64,000 nt of DNA, taken from Ministeria vibrans ATCC 50519. Lineage: Eukaryota > Protista > Filasterea. The notes under the pieces are model-generated. The model was not told the DNA's origin, searched no databases, and saw nothing but the letters and a program-made list of their open reading frames with translations. Position numbers and translations under genes: made by a program. The stretch lies in NCBI GenBank assembly GCA_943704425.1, contig CALSCP010000491.1:45448-109447 (forward strand), read 5' to 3'. Positions 40,910-61,478 of this stretch are shown here, in pieces. Within the stretch, counting starts at the first letter, position 1. Each line of letters begins with the position of its first letter.

Positions 40910-42895
40910 ATGAGCTTTGACGACTTGGCATCGGGCGGCACGTCAAACAGATCATTTGGCGGTCCCCCGGCCGGCTCGCAGTACGGCTACCAACAGGGCG
41001 GCCCAGTCAGCAGTAACAGCGCATTCGGTACGCTCTCTCTCGCTCGCTCGCTCTCTCTCTTGCTCTCCCTCTCTCCCCCTCTGCCTGCCCATGCGGTGCG
41101 CCATCTGCGCCTCTGCTTCTCTCGCTGGTTTTTTTTATAACTCTTCCCAACCCATTTCGTCCCGAATCGGCGCACTGAGCACGCATTGCCCGTGCGACGG
41201 TGGGGCGTGTGCGAGTGTGGGAGGCGCGTCCTTCACTTGAATCGCCCTGGATGAGCTCGTAATTTGGCTTTTCCTGTGTGAAATTTCCCCAAGACGTTTT
41301 CCATGTCGTGTCTCTCAAAACGCAACTCGTGACTTGCGCCGCAGCCCGTGTCGCCACGCCCGCCCTGTCTCCTCCGTCCGTATACGTGCCTTCTCCTCCC
41401 TTGTCTGCCCCCCTCTCTCTCTCTGTCCTACACCCTTTTTGCCCCATCCCAAACTTCTTTTTGCCTTTTTCCCTTTCCCTCTCTCCCTCAACGCCTCTCT
41501 CCGTCAATTGCCGCCCTCTTTCCTGCGTATCGCTTACCGTCCGCATTGCCGTCACTTTCTCTCTGACCGACAGCTGTTTCCCGTCTCAACAGTCCCCAAC
41601 CAAATCCCTTTCTCTCTCTCACTCTCTCTCTTTTTTATTTTTTTTTCCTCTGCTTGTTCTCACTCCCTTCTCGATGTTTCACTGACTATGATGTGCAGGA
41701 AGAAGCAGTAGTGGACGTGACGGCGATGCCGAGTACGTGCGCGTGAGCGAGCAGATCTCTCAGAAGCTGTACGAGATCAACAACAACGTTGGCAACCTGC
41801 AGCGCATGTCGGGCATGATTGGCTCGGCCAGGGACACTCCACAGTACCGTGAGAAGCTGTACGTTCCCGTTGAGATGGTGGTGGGGTGGGTGTGTAGTAT
41901 TAATGTCTGAGTGTGTGTCTTTTGTGCGTACGTAGCATGAGTGCAATCAACGTGACACGAAAGTTGACTAAGGAGACGGGTGGACTGCTGCGTACGATGG
42001 GCAGTGTTGATGGGGTAACCACTTGCACATTCTTTATATAGTTTGGTTTGACTGATGTTTGCTGGAATAATGTGTGTGTGTGTGTGTGTTTGTGTGTGTA
42101 GGTTGGAGAGCGAGAGCAACGAGAACGACGAATGCAACAGACCAAGTTGAGCAAAGATTTCCAGCAAATGGTTCGCAGCTTTGACGAAGTGCAAAAACTG
42201 TGTGTGCAAAAGATGCGCGCGTCGGTTGCACGAGCCAAGGAGACGATTGCGGCGGACCAGGCGGCGGGAGACGACTATGGAACATTTGGAGTGCGGGATG
42301 AGGAGGCACGACTGATTGAGTCGGACCGGATGCAGGCGCAGCAGCAGATTGGCAATGAGGTGGAGTATAATGAGGCGCTCATTCGCGAGAGAGAAGAAGG
42401 TCAGAGAATGTTTTTTGTGTCGTGTGAGTAGAGTGAGTTGTATTGACCTGCGATTGTAGGGATTATGGAGATTGAGTCAACGATGATTGAGATCAACAGC
42501 ACAATGCGTGACATCACAATGCTTGTGCACGAACAAGGACAGATGCTCGGTACGACATGTGAATGAAGGTTTTTATGACCACTATCAATTCTCTTATTCA
42601 CATTCACATACACACACACACACTGCCGTGTACTCTCTCGCACAAATTTCTCACACTCTTTCTCTTGCAATTTAACGCTATTGACTCGTCTCCATTTTTT
42701 ATCGTGTTCTAACGTGCAGACCGCATTGAGGACAACATTGAAGACACTCACGAGAAGGTTGAGATTGGCCATGACGAGCTTGTCTCTGCGCGAAGATACC
42801 AAAAGAAGGCACGCAAGAAGATGGTCTGCATTCTGGTGGTGGCTGTTATTGCTGCTGCCGTGGTGGCGACTATTGTGGGCATTAAAGTGCATTAA
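40910..42895 (+). CDS. Syntaxin 7/12-like Qa-SNARE, multi-exon
   Basis: MIGSARDTPQYREKL, QQTKLSKDFQ, LIREREE|GIMEIESTMIEINSTMRDITMLVHEQGQML|DRIEDNIE, C-terminal TM. Confidence 0.88.
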
Positions 42896-43012
42896 GTGAG
42901 TGTGAGAGTGAGTGAGTGAGCGAGTGAGAGGTATTACAGCGTGTTTTTTAACGACCAAGAAGAAGAATATTTTTTGCTGTATGGAGTGTGTACATAGCAC
43001 TTGTAATGCGAA

Positions 43013-45131
<2,119 letters not shown>

Positions 45132-45380
45132 GATGAAAAAAAAAAAGTATTCAGTTTCAAGTTTTTCACAAAATGACACCAAAATAATTATTCGGGAATT
45201 ATGACAAATCTATTTTGTTTTTTGCTGTAGCCTGCAAGGAATTCAGTACAGTTTGGTCGGCCGATTGCCATTGGTTTGCTTGGCATACGACATTCGTTAC
45301 CGAGAGGATCGTCTGTTGATTTTGTTCTGACTGTCGCTATTCCCTGACTTCATTTTACATTTTTCACTTTCACACTTTTG

Positions 45381-48300
45381 ATGAACGGCTGCTCGGCGAT
45401 CGCCCCAAGACTTGTCCTCTTGGGCATTGTCCTGGTCGCAGCGTTCATCCCATCGTCATCCTCAGTTGAATGTGACGGCTCGTTCAGCACGTCACTCACA
45501 GTCACCTCTTCTCCTCCTGCTCCCTCCATCACACTCACCCTTCGCCGCGCCAACTCTGACGTGCCTTTAGAGCTCTTCCTTGCCGACGTAACCAGCAGCG
45601 AATGGTGAGCTCACGAAAAAACAAACAGATTTTAAAAAACCTGAACCCAAATTTGAATTTTGTTTCCAGCTCGCCTGTGTGCCCAGGCAACAGCAAAGCC
45701 ATGGTTCCAAACGTAGACTACGAGCTTGCAAACCGTACGGTGCGTTGGGAGGCCAATTCGACGCGCGCATTGGTCCATCTCCGACTCCTCTCCAGTCGAT
45801 CATCCTCCTCCTCCGCCGCAAAGAACATGTTTGCTGCATTGGCTCTTTCGCGCACGTCGACGATGCGCAACGCCAGCAGCCAGCTGTGTTCGGGTGTGGG
45901 GTCGCGCCACGGGGTGCTGGTGCAGCAGCGCTTGGTCGAGAGCAGTGTGTCGGCAACGTGGCTCATCATGGCGCTGTCTGCGTCGGGCATTGTGGTGTCG
46001 CTCGTGTTCATTGTGGCCGTCTTCCGACTGCGAAAGCATCCTTTGCTGCGCGCCTCATCGCCGTCGTTTCTCTTTGTTGTGCTCGTTGGTTGCATCGTGG
46101 CCTTTTGTGCCTCCATCGTGGCAGTGTTGCCGCTCACTGACGCCATTTGCATGGCAACGCCCTGGCTCTCAAACGGTGCCTTTCTCGCCACTTTTGGCGC
46201 GCTCTTTCTCAAGACGTGGCGCATCACACGCATCTTCATCAACGACAATTTGCATCGTCTTGGACGCCACTGGAGCAACACACGACTGCTCATCGTCATC
46301 GGGGTGCTCATGCTTGTTTTCTGTGTCTACATGGCCGTGTGGATGGTCGTCGATCGTCCGCGGCTCCAGGAGCGTTCTTCCTTTGGCAACGACTGCGTCA
46401 CCCTGCTCACTTGCAGTGCCAGTGACTCGCCCTTTCAGATTGTTCTTCTCTTCTTCGAGGGCATCATGCTTTTCCTTGGCATCTACCAAGTCTGGTATGG
46501 GCGCAACATTGCAGACGCTTTCACCGAAGCAAAGGTACACGAAGGAGCACGTCAAGAAGGATAATCATCACCGCAATCGTTGTCTTTGCTGTAGTACATT
46601 TTTATTGTGTTCCTTGTGGCTGCTCTGATGGCCCTGATCATGTTCGTGTCCTTGCGCACAGCCGTGGCTGCAGAGCCTATTGCGGGCATTGGGGTGCTCG
46701 TGGGAGCACTGGGCACTCTCTTGGTCATGTTCGTGCCCAAGTTTGTTATCATCTACCGTCTCAAGGACGACGACGACATTGCACTGCTGCTCAAACCGCA
46801 CCGTGCGCTTAGCGTATCGCTCACTACAAGCAGTGCTGTGCCGCGTCGCTCGTCGTTTGCCACAACTCACACCGAAGGTAGTTCCACGGCCCCTGCCTCC
46901 CCTGCTTCCGCCACCCGATACCGCCGCCAGTCGTCCTCCAGCTCACTCCTGCACCACCACACCTCTACTCGCCCTACCTCTGCTTCGTCTTTGTCCCATG
47001 ACCGTCGCAACACCACATTGCGTCCCGACAGTGTTGCGTCTGATCGCGACTCACTCAACTCGTCCTGGGGCTCCTCCAACAGTGCCAGTGCGCGCACAAG
47101 CATTGCCCTCAACTCTGACATCGACTCCTCCGAATTCAACAGTATGATTCCCCTTCTCGCTGCGTCAAACACCGCTGCGACGACTGCAACAGCTGACCTC
47201 ATGGCCATCAGTGAAACCAACGAAGACCCCCTTTCGCGTCAATCGTCTCGCCAGAGGCCATCGCAAGGCGCAACTCCCGAGCAACAGCAGCAGGAAGAAG
47301 ATGAGGAAGCCATGGAACTGACACAGATGAATACGACAATCGCAAGTGAGGCTGCTGCTACTGCTGCTCATGAAGACCCTGCTGATCATCATGTGGATGT
47401 AAGTGGCGCAGCGGAACACACTGAGTCATCGTCGTCTGCTATGCCGCATCCTCCTTCACACTCGCGACAACGCCACCAGAGCATAGCAACAGACGTGCGC
47501 ACGGCAGCCCATGCGGCACGTCGTCGTCGCCAAGACATGCTCAATGAGTCCTCCATGGTTGGTGAGTTTCTGCGTGCGCTCCTCAAGGCCGCCGACGACT
47601 CTGGCGTTGCCATCAACGGCAGTCCCACCAACGCCGCCAGCACAGCACACGTGCCCCTGCGCAGCACAGGCACTTCCCACCGCCACCACCACCACCATCG
47701 TCAACAGAGACGTCGCTCACGACCCGCTGAACACTACGCTCTACAGCGCAGCATGAGTGACATCTCACAGGCTGTCAGTGGTGACTCAGCAGCAGCAGGT
47801 TCAGTCGCTGATCGCGTTGCTGTTGCTGTCCCCAGTGGCTCTGAAAGCCTTTCGCCCGCCTCTCAGCGGTACAGTTGGTTCTCGCGTCTTTCTGGCTCGT
47901 TTCGTTCGATACGTCGCAGACGTCGCAATGCCGCCGCAGCAGCAGTAGCAGCAGCAGATCCAGCAGAGCAAAAGGAGCAGCAGCAGCAGCAGAGAGTGCG
48001 TGGACACGGACCTATTGAAGAAGTGTATAGTGAGCCGCATCTCTATGCACAGCGCACCGAGTCAAACGCGAGCGAGACGGACGCAGTAGCACCACAGTCG
48101 TCGTCGCTGCACGTGCTGTCGCTGATGAACCCTCCGCCGTCCAAGGTAAGTGCGCGCAGCGAGGGCGGCAGCAACGAGTCTGTTCTCGATGCCGCTGTGC
48201 TTGCTGCAGCTTCCGCCTCGTCGCTGCGTCCTGCCCTGCGTATTCCTCAGACGGCCACAGTTGATCTTACTCGAGTGCCGTCCGCTCCCTCGACTCTGCT

Positions 48301-48598
48301 GCGCTCTAAGCCACAACCGACCATTGTGGTCGTCAACGCTGACCATACCGACGACGACCACAACATCAACGACGACGAGCCCATTGGCGCCGTCTCGCTG
48401 TTCACTGCGCCCCCTCCTACGCCTCCTCCACCCTCCTTGCAAGGCACAAGTGTTGTCCGCAGTGCAGCCAAATTCCGGCGTCGGCGCTACTCGCCCAGTC
48501 CCACTGCTGTCGTCTCCCCCGTGGATGCCATAATGCAGCCGTCACCACGGCGACCCAGCGAAGATGTTCCTCTTCATCTCAATGTCACTGATGTATGA
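45381..48598 (+). CDS. Class C (7tm_3, GABA-B-like) GPCR with short ectodomain and ~600 aa low-complexity tail, 3 exons
   Basis: Signal peptide; LRASSPSFL, CMATPWL, ALFLKTWRITRIF, AFTEAK|YI, MFVPKF. Confidence 0.85.
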
Positions 48599-48789
48599 AT
48601 AAGTGTATTCAATGCAACCTTCACTCTTCAGCCGGACTTCATAGGAAAATAAATAGAGAATCGAGAGGTCAATGTCAAAACAAAACTATATACAAACAAA
48701 GAGCACAATACTTCCGCCGTAGACTTCAAGACAAGAATGACCTGAAAAAAGCCCATAGACCCACTGATACTCCATATATTCAATGCAGG

Positions 48790-49010
48790 ATGGAACGCTG
48801 AGCTGCATTTTTTTCTCTTATCATCTGATCAGTCGCTCTGCCCTCAGTATTTATATCTTTTTGAGAGTGAATAACTGTTATTTAATCAGGAATTCAGAAT
48901 GGAACGTTGCGCTGCATTCCTTGTCCCCTATCTGATTATACCTTTTGAGAGTGGATAATTGTTATTCAATGCAAAATGCAATTTCTTCCTCCCCTATCTG
49001 ATCAGTCGTT
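48790..49010. repeat. Imperfect tandem duplication (~105 bp unit) upstream of the ArfGAP gene
   Basis: ATGGAACG.TG.GCTGCATT...TTTTGAGAGTG.ATAA.TGTTATT twice; ATCTGATCAGTCG recurs. Confidence 0.7.
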
Positions 49011-49027
49011 TATTGAATTTTTTGAAG

Positions 49028-50581
<1,554 letters not shown>

Positions 50582-50848
50582 ATATACCTTTAACCCTTGT
50601 GACTTTGTGACTTGACATATTGCTATTATTTGGTAAACTACGCAAGTGTGACGTGCGGGTTAGAGTCATTTGCACTTTGATATTCATTTAATTGGGGAGG
50701 CGTTTGCGACATGCAGTTGAGAACTAATAATAATACAATCTTTTCCTGTTTCACACACAGTTGTCCAATTTCCATTGACCATTCCTTCTTTCGCTTTGCA
50801 CTTTGTTGATCGCTCTGACGGCCTGACGCTCGCTGTGAACAACCTTGC

Positions 50849-52476
<1,628 letters not shown>

Positions 52477-52563
52477 CTCTTTAGTAATAAACCACTATCT
52501 CAAAAAAGAGCCAAGAGAAGAAACACATAGAACAGCGTGTGTGCGTGTATATATATGTGTTAT

Positions 52564-55043
<2,480 letters not shown>

Positions 55044-55299
55044 CCTGCTCAAGAAATATTCTGATCTGTGAATTGTGGATGATAAAATGAGTATTGACTA
55101 TCGAGTGGCCGACTGGCCGCTCGGTCATCACATTCATCTGCGCCCGTATGATTATGATACGGGTTTGCTTGAGCCCTGGTCGCACGTGCTCTCGGTAATC
55201 AGTAGTTTCTAGTTAGTACACTGGGTAAAGAATGTTCCAGTATTAGTCCACTGCACCAACTCACGGCACCCAAGACTGAATATTTCATTTTTCTTGAGA

Positions 55300-56037
55300 A
55301 TGCGAGTTGAGCTACTTCATAAGGAGACGCTGGCTGAAGGCTCGGAGTTTCCTGTGCGTCTGTTTCGAGTGTCGCTGCCGACGGGGCGACGTCTTGGCGT
55401 CAATGCGGCGCTCGGTGGCAAGATAAAGCTCTTTTCCAATCGTCTCCGAAAACCACGCTCGTACACCCCCATCTCGCCACCGTCGGCCACGGGCCACTTT
55501 GAATTGGCTATCAAGATCTATCGTGGGGGCGTGGCATCCAGCTACATTGACAGCTTGGCCGTCGGCGACGCGCTGACCATCAGTATCCCGACGCCTCGTC
55601 TGAAGAGAATAACCCGCGTCGAGGGAGCCTCACACGTCGGCTTGGTCGCGCTTGGCATTGGCATCACCGAGGCGTACATGGTGGCGCTGGCCGAGCTTGA
55701 GTGCGACGACGTCTCGCTGGTTTGTCTGCTTTTTGTGAACCGAACGCGCGCCGACGCTGTGTTTGCGGACCGTCTGGCGCATTTGAAGGGGAAGTACGGC
55801 GACCGGTTTCGCGTGCAGTACGCCTATTCACGTGATCCAGGGGTATCTGGTGCTGTCGATGGACGCGTCTCTGAAGAGATGCTTGCTGCCGTGTTCGAAG
55901 GATGGCCCAAAGATGGAAAGTCACGCTTTCTTGTTGTTGGCACCAAGCGCATGAAGAAGGCCGTGTGGACGATGCTCGCTGGGTGTGGGTGGGCGCGGTC
56001 CATTTCGATGTTACATGCTAAGAGGCATTGTATTTGA
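55300..56037 (+). CDS. NADH-cytochrome b5 reductase-like FAD/NAD oxidoreductase, intronless
   Basis: RSYTPIS, FELAIKIYRGGVASSYIDSLAVGD, LLFVNRT, GRVSEEML. Confidence 0.82.
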   Translation: MRVELLHKETLAEGSEFPVRLFRVSLPTGRRLGVNAALGGKIKLFSNRLRKPRSYTPISPPSATGHFELAIKIYRGGVASSYIDSLAVGDALTISIPTPRLKRITRVEGASHVGLVALGIGITEAYMVALAELECDDVSLVCLLFVNRTRADAVFADRLAHLKGKYGDRFRVQYAYSRDPGVSGAVDGRVSEEMLAAVFEGWPKDGKSRFLVVGTKRMKKAVWTMLAGCGWARSISMLHAKRHCI

Positions 56038-58820
56038 TTGTGGATATGGTACTTTGTTGGTGTATAGTACAAAGGTAGGCTTTTCGGACCCGACAAATGC
56101 GTGTGTCAAAGGAACAGTGGCTCGGTCCAAGGAACAATACCCTTGGCAAAGGGAAGGTCATCATGCTTCAACGTTCAAGTAGATTCGGTGTTGATGTAAA
56201 GTTTAACTGACAACATAAGAGCGTCAACAGCAACACTGCTGCTCAGAAACACCGCTGACTGAGACGACCCATGGCACTTTAATTAAACTTTCAGGTGACT
56301 TTCATACGACCCAAGGCACTCTGATATCACTCTCACCCTCTATCTTCTCCGTAGGAGTCAGTGAGAGATCTACAAGACTGTGCACGCCTCGGGTGCTTTT
56401 TCTCTCTCTACAAACTTTCTCTCTCACTCTTTGGACACACTCCTCCCCATGTGGAACCCAGATGCCCCGCGAAGGAGCGCCAGGATATGCCGTGACGCGT
56501 AGTAGTATTGATTGCTCCTTTTTATATAGTAGCTTTCAAGTAACCTTTCATTGATACAAGCCAACATAATGTTCTGTCACTGTCATCTTTAGAGGGTGAC
56601 GTAGTCGCGCTCTTTTATCGCATCTGCTCCTCTTTTGCATCTGTTCGCTTCCGTGATCCGTTCACCGCATGTCGTCTCTCCGACTTGGTGCTACTCGTTT
56701 GCGTCCAAGCCTTTTATTTCTTCTCAATTATCTTCTTCTTTTCCTATGAGCGTTCACCAAGGCCTTTCGTTTCCTTCTGTGCGCGCAGCGCAGCCTTTCG
56801 CTGCCCGCTGTCTTTTTGTTTTTTTTTGAAGTTCTAGCTAGCTAGGTGTAAATTTTGTGTTCCCGTGCCCCATCAACTCGCTGTGGTCCTCGTCTGTTAT
56901 TACGCGCTGGCGACCAAGCTATGCGTGCAAGTGCTCCTGCGAGGGTGCTTGGATGGATGGATAACTTCCAAAAAAATATTTACGAAGAACTTTGTCCTTG
57001 TCACTCCTCGTGGATATTTCTGTCCCATCTTTTTGTATCATCTCTCATCTCCACCACTATCACTAGCAGCATTGCTGACTGAGAAGCTGTAAAGGGAGGT
57101 CGAGACGTCATACCCTCAACGCATTAAATTAAGCCGTATATATAAATTTGAATTAACCCGTGAAATGAGATTTAATGTATTGTATTTCGCCTGATGTGAT
57201 ATTTTTAAACAACTTATTTACTCAAAAATAATATTCTGCGAAAACCATTATATTTTGCTTTAGCCGGGATAAATGATATAACCCGAATTATAACTTCATT
57301 TTGATTATCAATGGAATTAGGGTGGGCAAGATCAAGCTGAAAGCGATCGGCAGTAATGAAAGTCACTTGAAAGTTTGGTTGAAAAAAGGTACGAAGAGGT
57401 CGAGGGGTGAAGGTATCACCGACTCTTTTCTTTCGAGAAGAAAAACGACGTCGTCTTAAGCGTGCCGCGGGTTGGCAAGTCTTTGCCTTTGTTTTTTTAA
57501 AAGCCCTTCTGCCAAAATGACCACATCTCGTCGTTGGACGGAGTGCGATGATGCGAGGATAGGGGTCGCGACGTTTGTGGTGTTTGGAGAAACCCTAAGA
57601 AAAAATTGAGGTGGTTTCACACGAAGGAAACCGTGATGAGGATGACGAGAGTGTCGCCGATGGCAGGTTGTTTTTTTGGAAGTTTCCTTAGGGCAAAAGC
57701 TTCATTATACAAGACAATCTAACCAAAGCGACTGTTTCACACCCACATGAGCCGAAGCGAACAGTCCGAGAGACTTGCGCTCAAGCAAGTGAAGATGGAA
57801 GGTGATGGAGAATTTTGGGGCTCTGATTTGGTCGCCAGCAAGCGAAGTGAGGCAGCGCCAAATTCAGGGATGGTTAGACAATGAAACTTTTACCCTAGCT
57901 AGGCTAAAGTCGAGGCTAAAGTAGGAATTCCAAAATAAAGAAACCATATTATCCCAGGAGCCCGTTGACAGGCATGCATGATTCATACATGGACGCGCAA
58001 CAAGGAAGTACTCCGATATGATGAGGCAGAGGAACATGAAAGACAGCGGGCAGTGAAAGGCCGTGCGCGCTGAAGGCGACGTAGGTAATGTGGTCCTTTC
58101 CTTGGCCGGGCGGAAGCCTGGCGCGGGAAGCTGTATCTAAATTATCAACTTTCCCTCAAGACCTCAACTTTTCCCAACTTCTTCCCAACCTCCCATGGAT
58201 GAGAATGTTTAAAATTGTGGTACGCGGTCGTCGTGTACACACATTCTCTACCCTCTAACCTCTTCCTCTCTCTCTCTCTCTCTCGAGGCACGCGTAAACT
58301 TCTGTACACGACAGTCTCCAGCCGGGAGTGGACCATATATTACGAATATATTACGGCTGCTTTCGATCAAGCTAAATGCCGCCGCGAAAGGGAGCGGAAT
58401 CGAATAGCTTGGTCAACTCGGTTGGCAAACATGCAAGTTGGCTTGCCTGCGTGCGCATCTGCCAACCTAGTTCTCAATTAAGTCGCCGAGACACGAAGTA
58501 CTCTCGAAGTACACTCAGTACTGTCTCATAATTTCGCCCTCTCTCCCACCTCTTTTTAAAATTAACGACAAACATCACATACTGGCACACACACACACAC
58601 ACACGCGCACACACACGCACACAGATAAAGCATTCACCATCATGCCGCAGCGTTTGTTCACTAGACCGGTCAGAAACCGGTCATTCAACATTTTTTGCGC
58701 TATCCACCTGAGTGCTCATTTTCCAACGGTGGGACTCGGCCGTTGCCACCGTGTTGATGTATAACATAGCTATTTGCTTAATTCACCGCGGCCGGCAGGC
58801 TGTTTTTGCACCACAAACAT

Positions 58821-58927
58821 AAACGAACAAAAAACGAACAAAAAACGAACAAAAAACGAACAAAAAACGAACAAAAAACGAACAAAAAACGAACAAAAAA
58901 CGAACAGAAAACGAACAAAAAACGAAC
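58821..58927. repeat. 11-bp minisatellite (AAAAAACGAAC)n
   Basis: About 9-10 copies directly visible. Confidence 0.95.
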
Positions 58928-59411
58928 CGAATACGTCACAACAAATTGCGTCACCCAAGGATACATACATGCGAGTACTTGTAACTGCATATGAAGTCAC
59001 ATGGCTTGCTTTTAACTACGACCAATGGCCTTCCCTCACCTTTCACGCATTGTTAGCAATGTAACTTGCATTTTCCTCCGTGAATATAATAGTACTCAAA
59101 CCTATTTGGTTCCTACTTGGATCATTATTTTTTCCTCTCTTCTTAAAAGTAACTTTCTCGAACAATAAGCACCACGCACTGACACACACACATAATCCAA
59201 ACACTCACCAACACGCCGCAACGTCTCCTNNNNNNNNNNNNNNNNCGCAAGGATATATACGTGTGAGTACTTGTAACCATATACGCAAGCCTACGACTTG
59301 CTTTTCACCACGACATCTACTCACCGACACGCACTGCAACGAAAGCGTTTTTGGGAAGAAGAAATAATAAAATTAATAATCCATTATTTCTCCAGCCAGG
59401 GGTAGAACAAA

Positions 59412-61478
59412 ATGCGCTCAGTTCTCATTCACGTGCTCGCTGTGCTGCTTGTCAGCTCTACTGCATACGCTGTGTGCAACCCAACTTGCGCCAACGGCGG
59501 TACTTGCGACTCGTCCTTGTGCGTTTGCTCGTCTGGTAAGATACCCGTAACATAATAATAGTAATAATAATAATAATATAATAATGGCGTACCATTGCGA
59601 TTACCTCACTGGATAGCGATTGCACTTGTGCTTTTGTTGTAGATCTGGTGACTGTATCATGAATAAATGGGTTGTATTCTTCTTCTTCTAATTATTATTA
59701 TTATTTTTTATTCTTTTGTTAAATTGATAGCCTTCACCGGTCCATCTTGTGCGACGATTGTGGATCTGTGCGAGTCGAGCCCATGCAGCAACGGCGGGTC
59801 ATGTGTTCAGAATGGCACTGAAGCAAGCTGCGACTGTGTCGGGCATTACACGGGCGACGCATGCGAGAACGATCCGTGCACATCCAGTCCTTGTTTGTAT
59901 GGTGGCAACTGCACCATCGCCGTGTTCGAAGAGCTGCTGGCCTCGGCTGCGACATTTGCCGTGTTCGGAGGTACTGCGGGCGTGACCAGCTCCGGCGTCA
60001 GCACAGTGATCACAGGCAACTTGGGCTCCACCGGTGCTTCCACCCTTGTCACCGGGTTCCATGACACAAACACGGACTGCACCTACACGGAGACGACTCT
60101 AAATAAGGGTTTTGTTGACGGTCTTATCTATACTGCTGCACCGCCCCCAACGGCTGGCTGTCAGATCGAGGGCACTACGCAAACACATGCCATTGCAACG
60201 GCAGCACGCGGCGATATCCAGACCGCCTTCACCACTCTGGCTGGCCTGCCCTTTGACGTGTCGCAAGCCCAAAACTTGGGTGGCCTGACGTTGACACCCA
60301 ACACCTACTCGGCTGCTGCTTCGTCCTTCATCATCGAAGGAGGAGATCTTACGCTTGACGCTCTGGGTGACAGCGCTGCAATCTTTGTTTTTCAAATGGC
60401 TTCAACGTTGCGCATCGGAGGTCCAGGCGCGGCTGCTCCCCAAAACATCATCTTGGCTGGCGGCGCACAGGCAAAGAATATCTTTTGGCAGATTGGTAGC
60501 TCTGGTATTATTAACGCAGGCGGTGGTGGCACTGTGTACGGCACGTTCATTGCCGCGGCTGGAGTAGCAATATCAACCGCTGGTAATGTTGCCTTGGTCA
60601 CTATCAACGGCCGTGTGCTGTCCACGGATGCATCTGTGACCATGGTGAACACCGTTATCAATGCCCCATCTGCAACACCTGACACCTTTGAGTGCTCGTG
60701 TGCCAGCCCTTTCTATGGCGACCAGTGTGAACTCATTCCCGAGCCAGCGGTTAATTCGACAAGTTTCACTCGTTGTGTGTAAGCACCCTTAGCAGAACCC
60801 ATACTACTTTTTATACTGTTATTAATCATTATTCTGTAGGGTGCATCTTTACTGCACAGGCGATGTTTCTGCCAAATCTAACAATAATCTGCAGGCGACA
60901 ACAGGCAGCGATTACGTTCGTACCTCCTGCAAATTGGTACGCGGCGAGAGATTCTCTTTTTCATTTTTGGATTAGAATTCAATATAATAATAACATCAAA
61001 AACAACAACAACAACGACAACAACAACAATAATAATAAGAATAAGAATAATAAGAATAATAAGAATAATAAGAATAATAAGAATAATAAATTATTCTTAT
61101 TATTATTCTCATTATTATTATTGTCTTTATTATTATTATTATTGTCTTCATTATTATTATTTTGTTATTGTTTATTGTCGCTTCTCGTTTATTGCTATTA
61201 TTCATTAATGATTGATTTCTCTTCGTTTGAATATGTAGCAGAGCTCCGGGAACACATTTTGCTCGGTGGATCTGCTTGCGCGAGGATCCAACGCAACGGC
61301 ACCAACTGAAATCATTACTGCCAGTTTTTTCCCGCTCGTACATATCGGCGTAGATGAAACGGACGCTTGCACACTTGGCTCCGTGGCTGGTGGGAACAAC
61401 CTTGTCACAGGCAGTGTTGTCGAGCAGAATTCAGCGTCATGCACTGTCGTCACAAGCCGCTTTTACCGGGCGGTGTAG
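59412..61478 (+). CDS. Secreted EGF-repeat protein with DUF3494 ice-binding-like domain; exons 59412-59535, 59731-60778, 60840-60936, 61239-61478
   Basis: Signal peptide; three EGF modules; DUF3494 motifs FAVFGGTAGVT, ITGNLG, LGGLTLTP..Y, LTLDALGD.AIFVFQ, GGAQAKNIFWQIGSS, INGRVLS. Confidence 0.88.
59584..59690 (+). mobile_element. SINE-like repeat copy in intron 1 of the EGF/ice-binding gene
   Basis: Near-identical to the reverse complement of 1376-1486; sits in an (AAT)n tract. Confidence 0.6.

Noticed and set aside
58821-58927. Possible CRISPR or telomeric array
   Set aside because: Head-to-tail 11-mers without spacers, internal location, no cas genes
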